This document shows positions 62,999 through 64,000 of a DNA stretch of 64,000 nt, in pieces. Both the position numbers and the translations under genes were made by a program. The notes under the pieces are model-generated. The model was not told the origin of the DNA. It searched no databases and was given only the letters and a program-made list of their open reading frames with translations. Source of the stretch: Octopus sinensis (lineage: Eukaryota); NCBI RefSeq assembly GCF_006345805.1, contig NC_043006.1:26970001-27034000 (forward strand), given 5' to 3'. How positions within the stretch are numbered: the stretch's first letter is position 1; every line of letters starts with the position of its first letter.

Positions 62999-64000
62999 GT
63001 AAATAATGTACATAATTCCTCATCTCTTAAATATAGAACTGTAGTTACTAGTCATCGGATACCATTGTATCTCTTCATACTGGAATTGTAATACACTAAC
63101 TTCTGTCTTATTATCGCTGATAGACACCGACTACAAATGTTGACTCTCGACTCTTTGGCTCTGGACCCTTCTTTGACGACTGGCTACTGGTCTATTTATA
63201 ATGGCTGGTGCCTACCACTTTTTACTGAGTTGGGTATATAGTTTCACTATACAACACCATACTAGCATATAAAATGGATGTAAAATGATGATGATGATGA
63301 TGATATGTCTTGTTTCAGACATTCAACTGTGGACATGCTGGAGTATGATCTTCAAGAGTATCAATCAATCCCAGTACTTCTTTCAAGTTTAGTACTTATT
63401 CTGTCAGTTACTATTGCCAAACTGTTAAGTTACGGGAACATAAACAAATCAAAACCAGTTATCAAATGGTGGTGGAGGACAAAAAAGTATAAGAGTGGCT
63501 GTGTGGTAAGTAGCTTGTTTACCAACCACATGGTTCCAGGTTCAGTCCTGCTGCGTGGCACCTTGGGCAAGTGTCTTCTACTATAGCCTCAGGCTGACCA
63601 AAGCCTTGTGAGTGGATTTGGTAGACAGAAACTGAAAGAAGCCTGTTTTATATATATGTGTATGTGTGTCTGTGTTTGTCCCCACCACCATCACTTGACA
63701 ATCGAGGTTGGTGTGTTCACATCCCCATAACTTAGTGATTTGGCAAAAGAGACCAATAGAATAAGTACTAGGCTTACAAAGAACAAGTCCTGGGGTTTAT
63801 TTGCTCAACTACTGGTGGTGCTCCAGCATGGCCGCAGTCAAATGGCTGGAACAAGTAAAAGAATAAAAGAATATATATACGATGGGCTTCTTTTCAGTTT
63901 CTGTCTTTCAAATCCACTCATAAGGCTTTGGTTGGCCTGGGGGTGTAGTAGAAGACATTGCTCAATGTGTCACACAGTGGGACTAGACCTGGAACAATGT

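Larger units (their letters stand above)
62422..63041. mobile_element. Palindromic Penelope-like insertion: inverted pLTR + split GIY-YIG C-terminus + tRNA-like promoter + pLTR
   Basis: 10-bp TSD TAGTTACTAG at 62412-62421 and 63042-63051; - strand PLWDEVKMIDREHHWKIQK/LKEAAH (62685-62608); + strand AHMLGHNN...IWEPVLRK...* (62684-62788). Confidence 0.8.

Noticed and set aside
1-64000. CRISPR array, rRNA or prokaryotic/viral insert
   Set aside because: No regular repeat-spacer array, rRNA homology or gene-dense intronless block was seen.

Overview
AT-rich, repeat-dense eukaryotic (animal) genomic DNA. The SINE/RTE/Penelope repeat complement suggests an octopod cephalopod (inference from repeat types, not database-verified). 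Two host genes can be assembled exon by exon. (1) A + strand FSH1/OVCA2-family serine hydrolase: 7 coding exons, 24377-39228, with phase-consistent GT-AG junctions, 215 aa, and an intact Ser(GFSQG)-Asp(GETD)-His(GGHY) triad; its 5' end is unresolved. (2) A - strand MPLKIP/TTDN1 orthologue: 2 coding exons, 53057-51008, 195 aa, with the diagnostic YFKPSMLEDPW motif. A likely first coding exon of a third, unidentified - strand gene lies at 5310-5360. The rest is transposon-derived: RTE LINEs, a CR1/L2-type LINE, a full-length but disabled Tx1/L1 element inserted head-to-head just upstream of the MPLKIP promoter, an R4/NeSL-type RLE fragment, Gypsy, hAT, mariner, Helitron, piggyBac-like and foldback MITEs, two tRNA-derived SINE families, and Penelope-like (PLE) pieces. 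The most interesting signal is a set of hammerhead-ribozyme-like motifs from three repeat families. One belongs to a PLE whose terminal repeat carries a tRNA-like Pol III promoter (A and B boxes) upstream of the hammerhead and which sits here as one palindromic, TSD-flanked insertion (62422-63041). No CRISPR array, rRNA or intact tRNA gene was seen. All alignments were done by eye; boundaries of old repeats are approximate.
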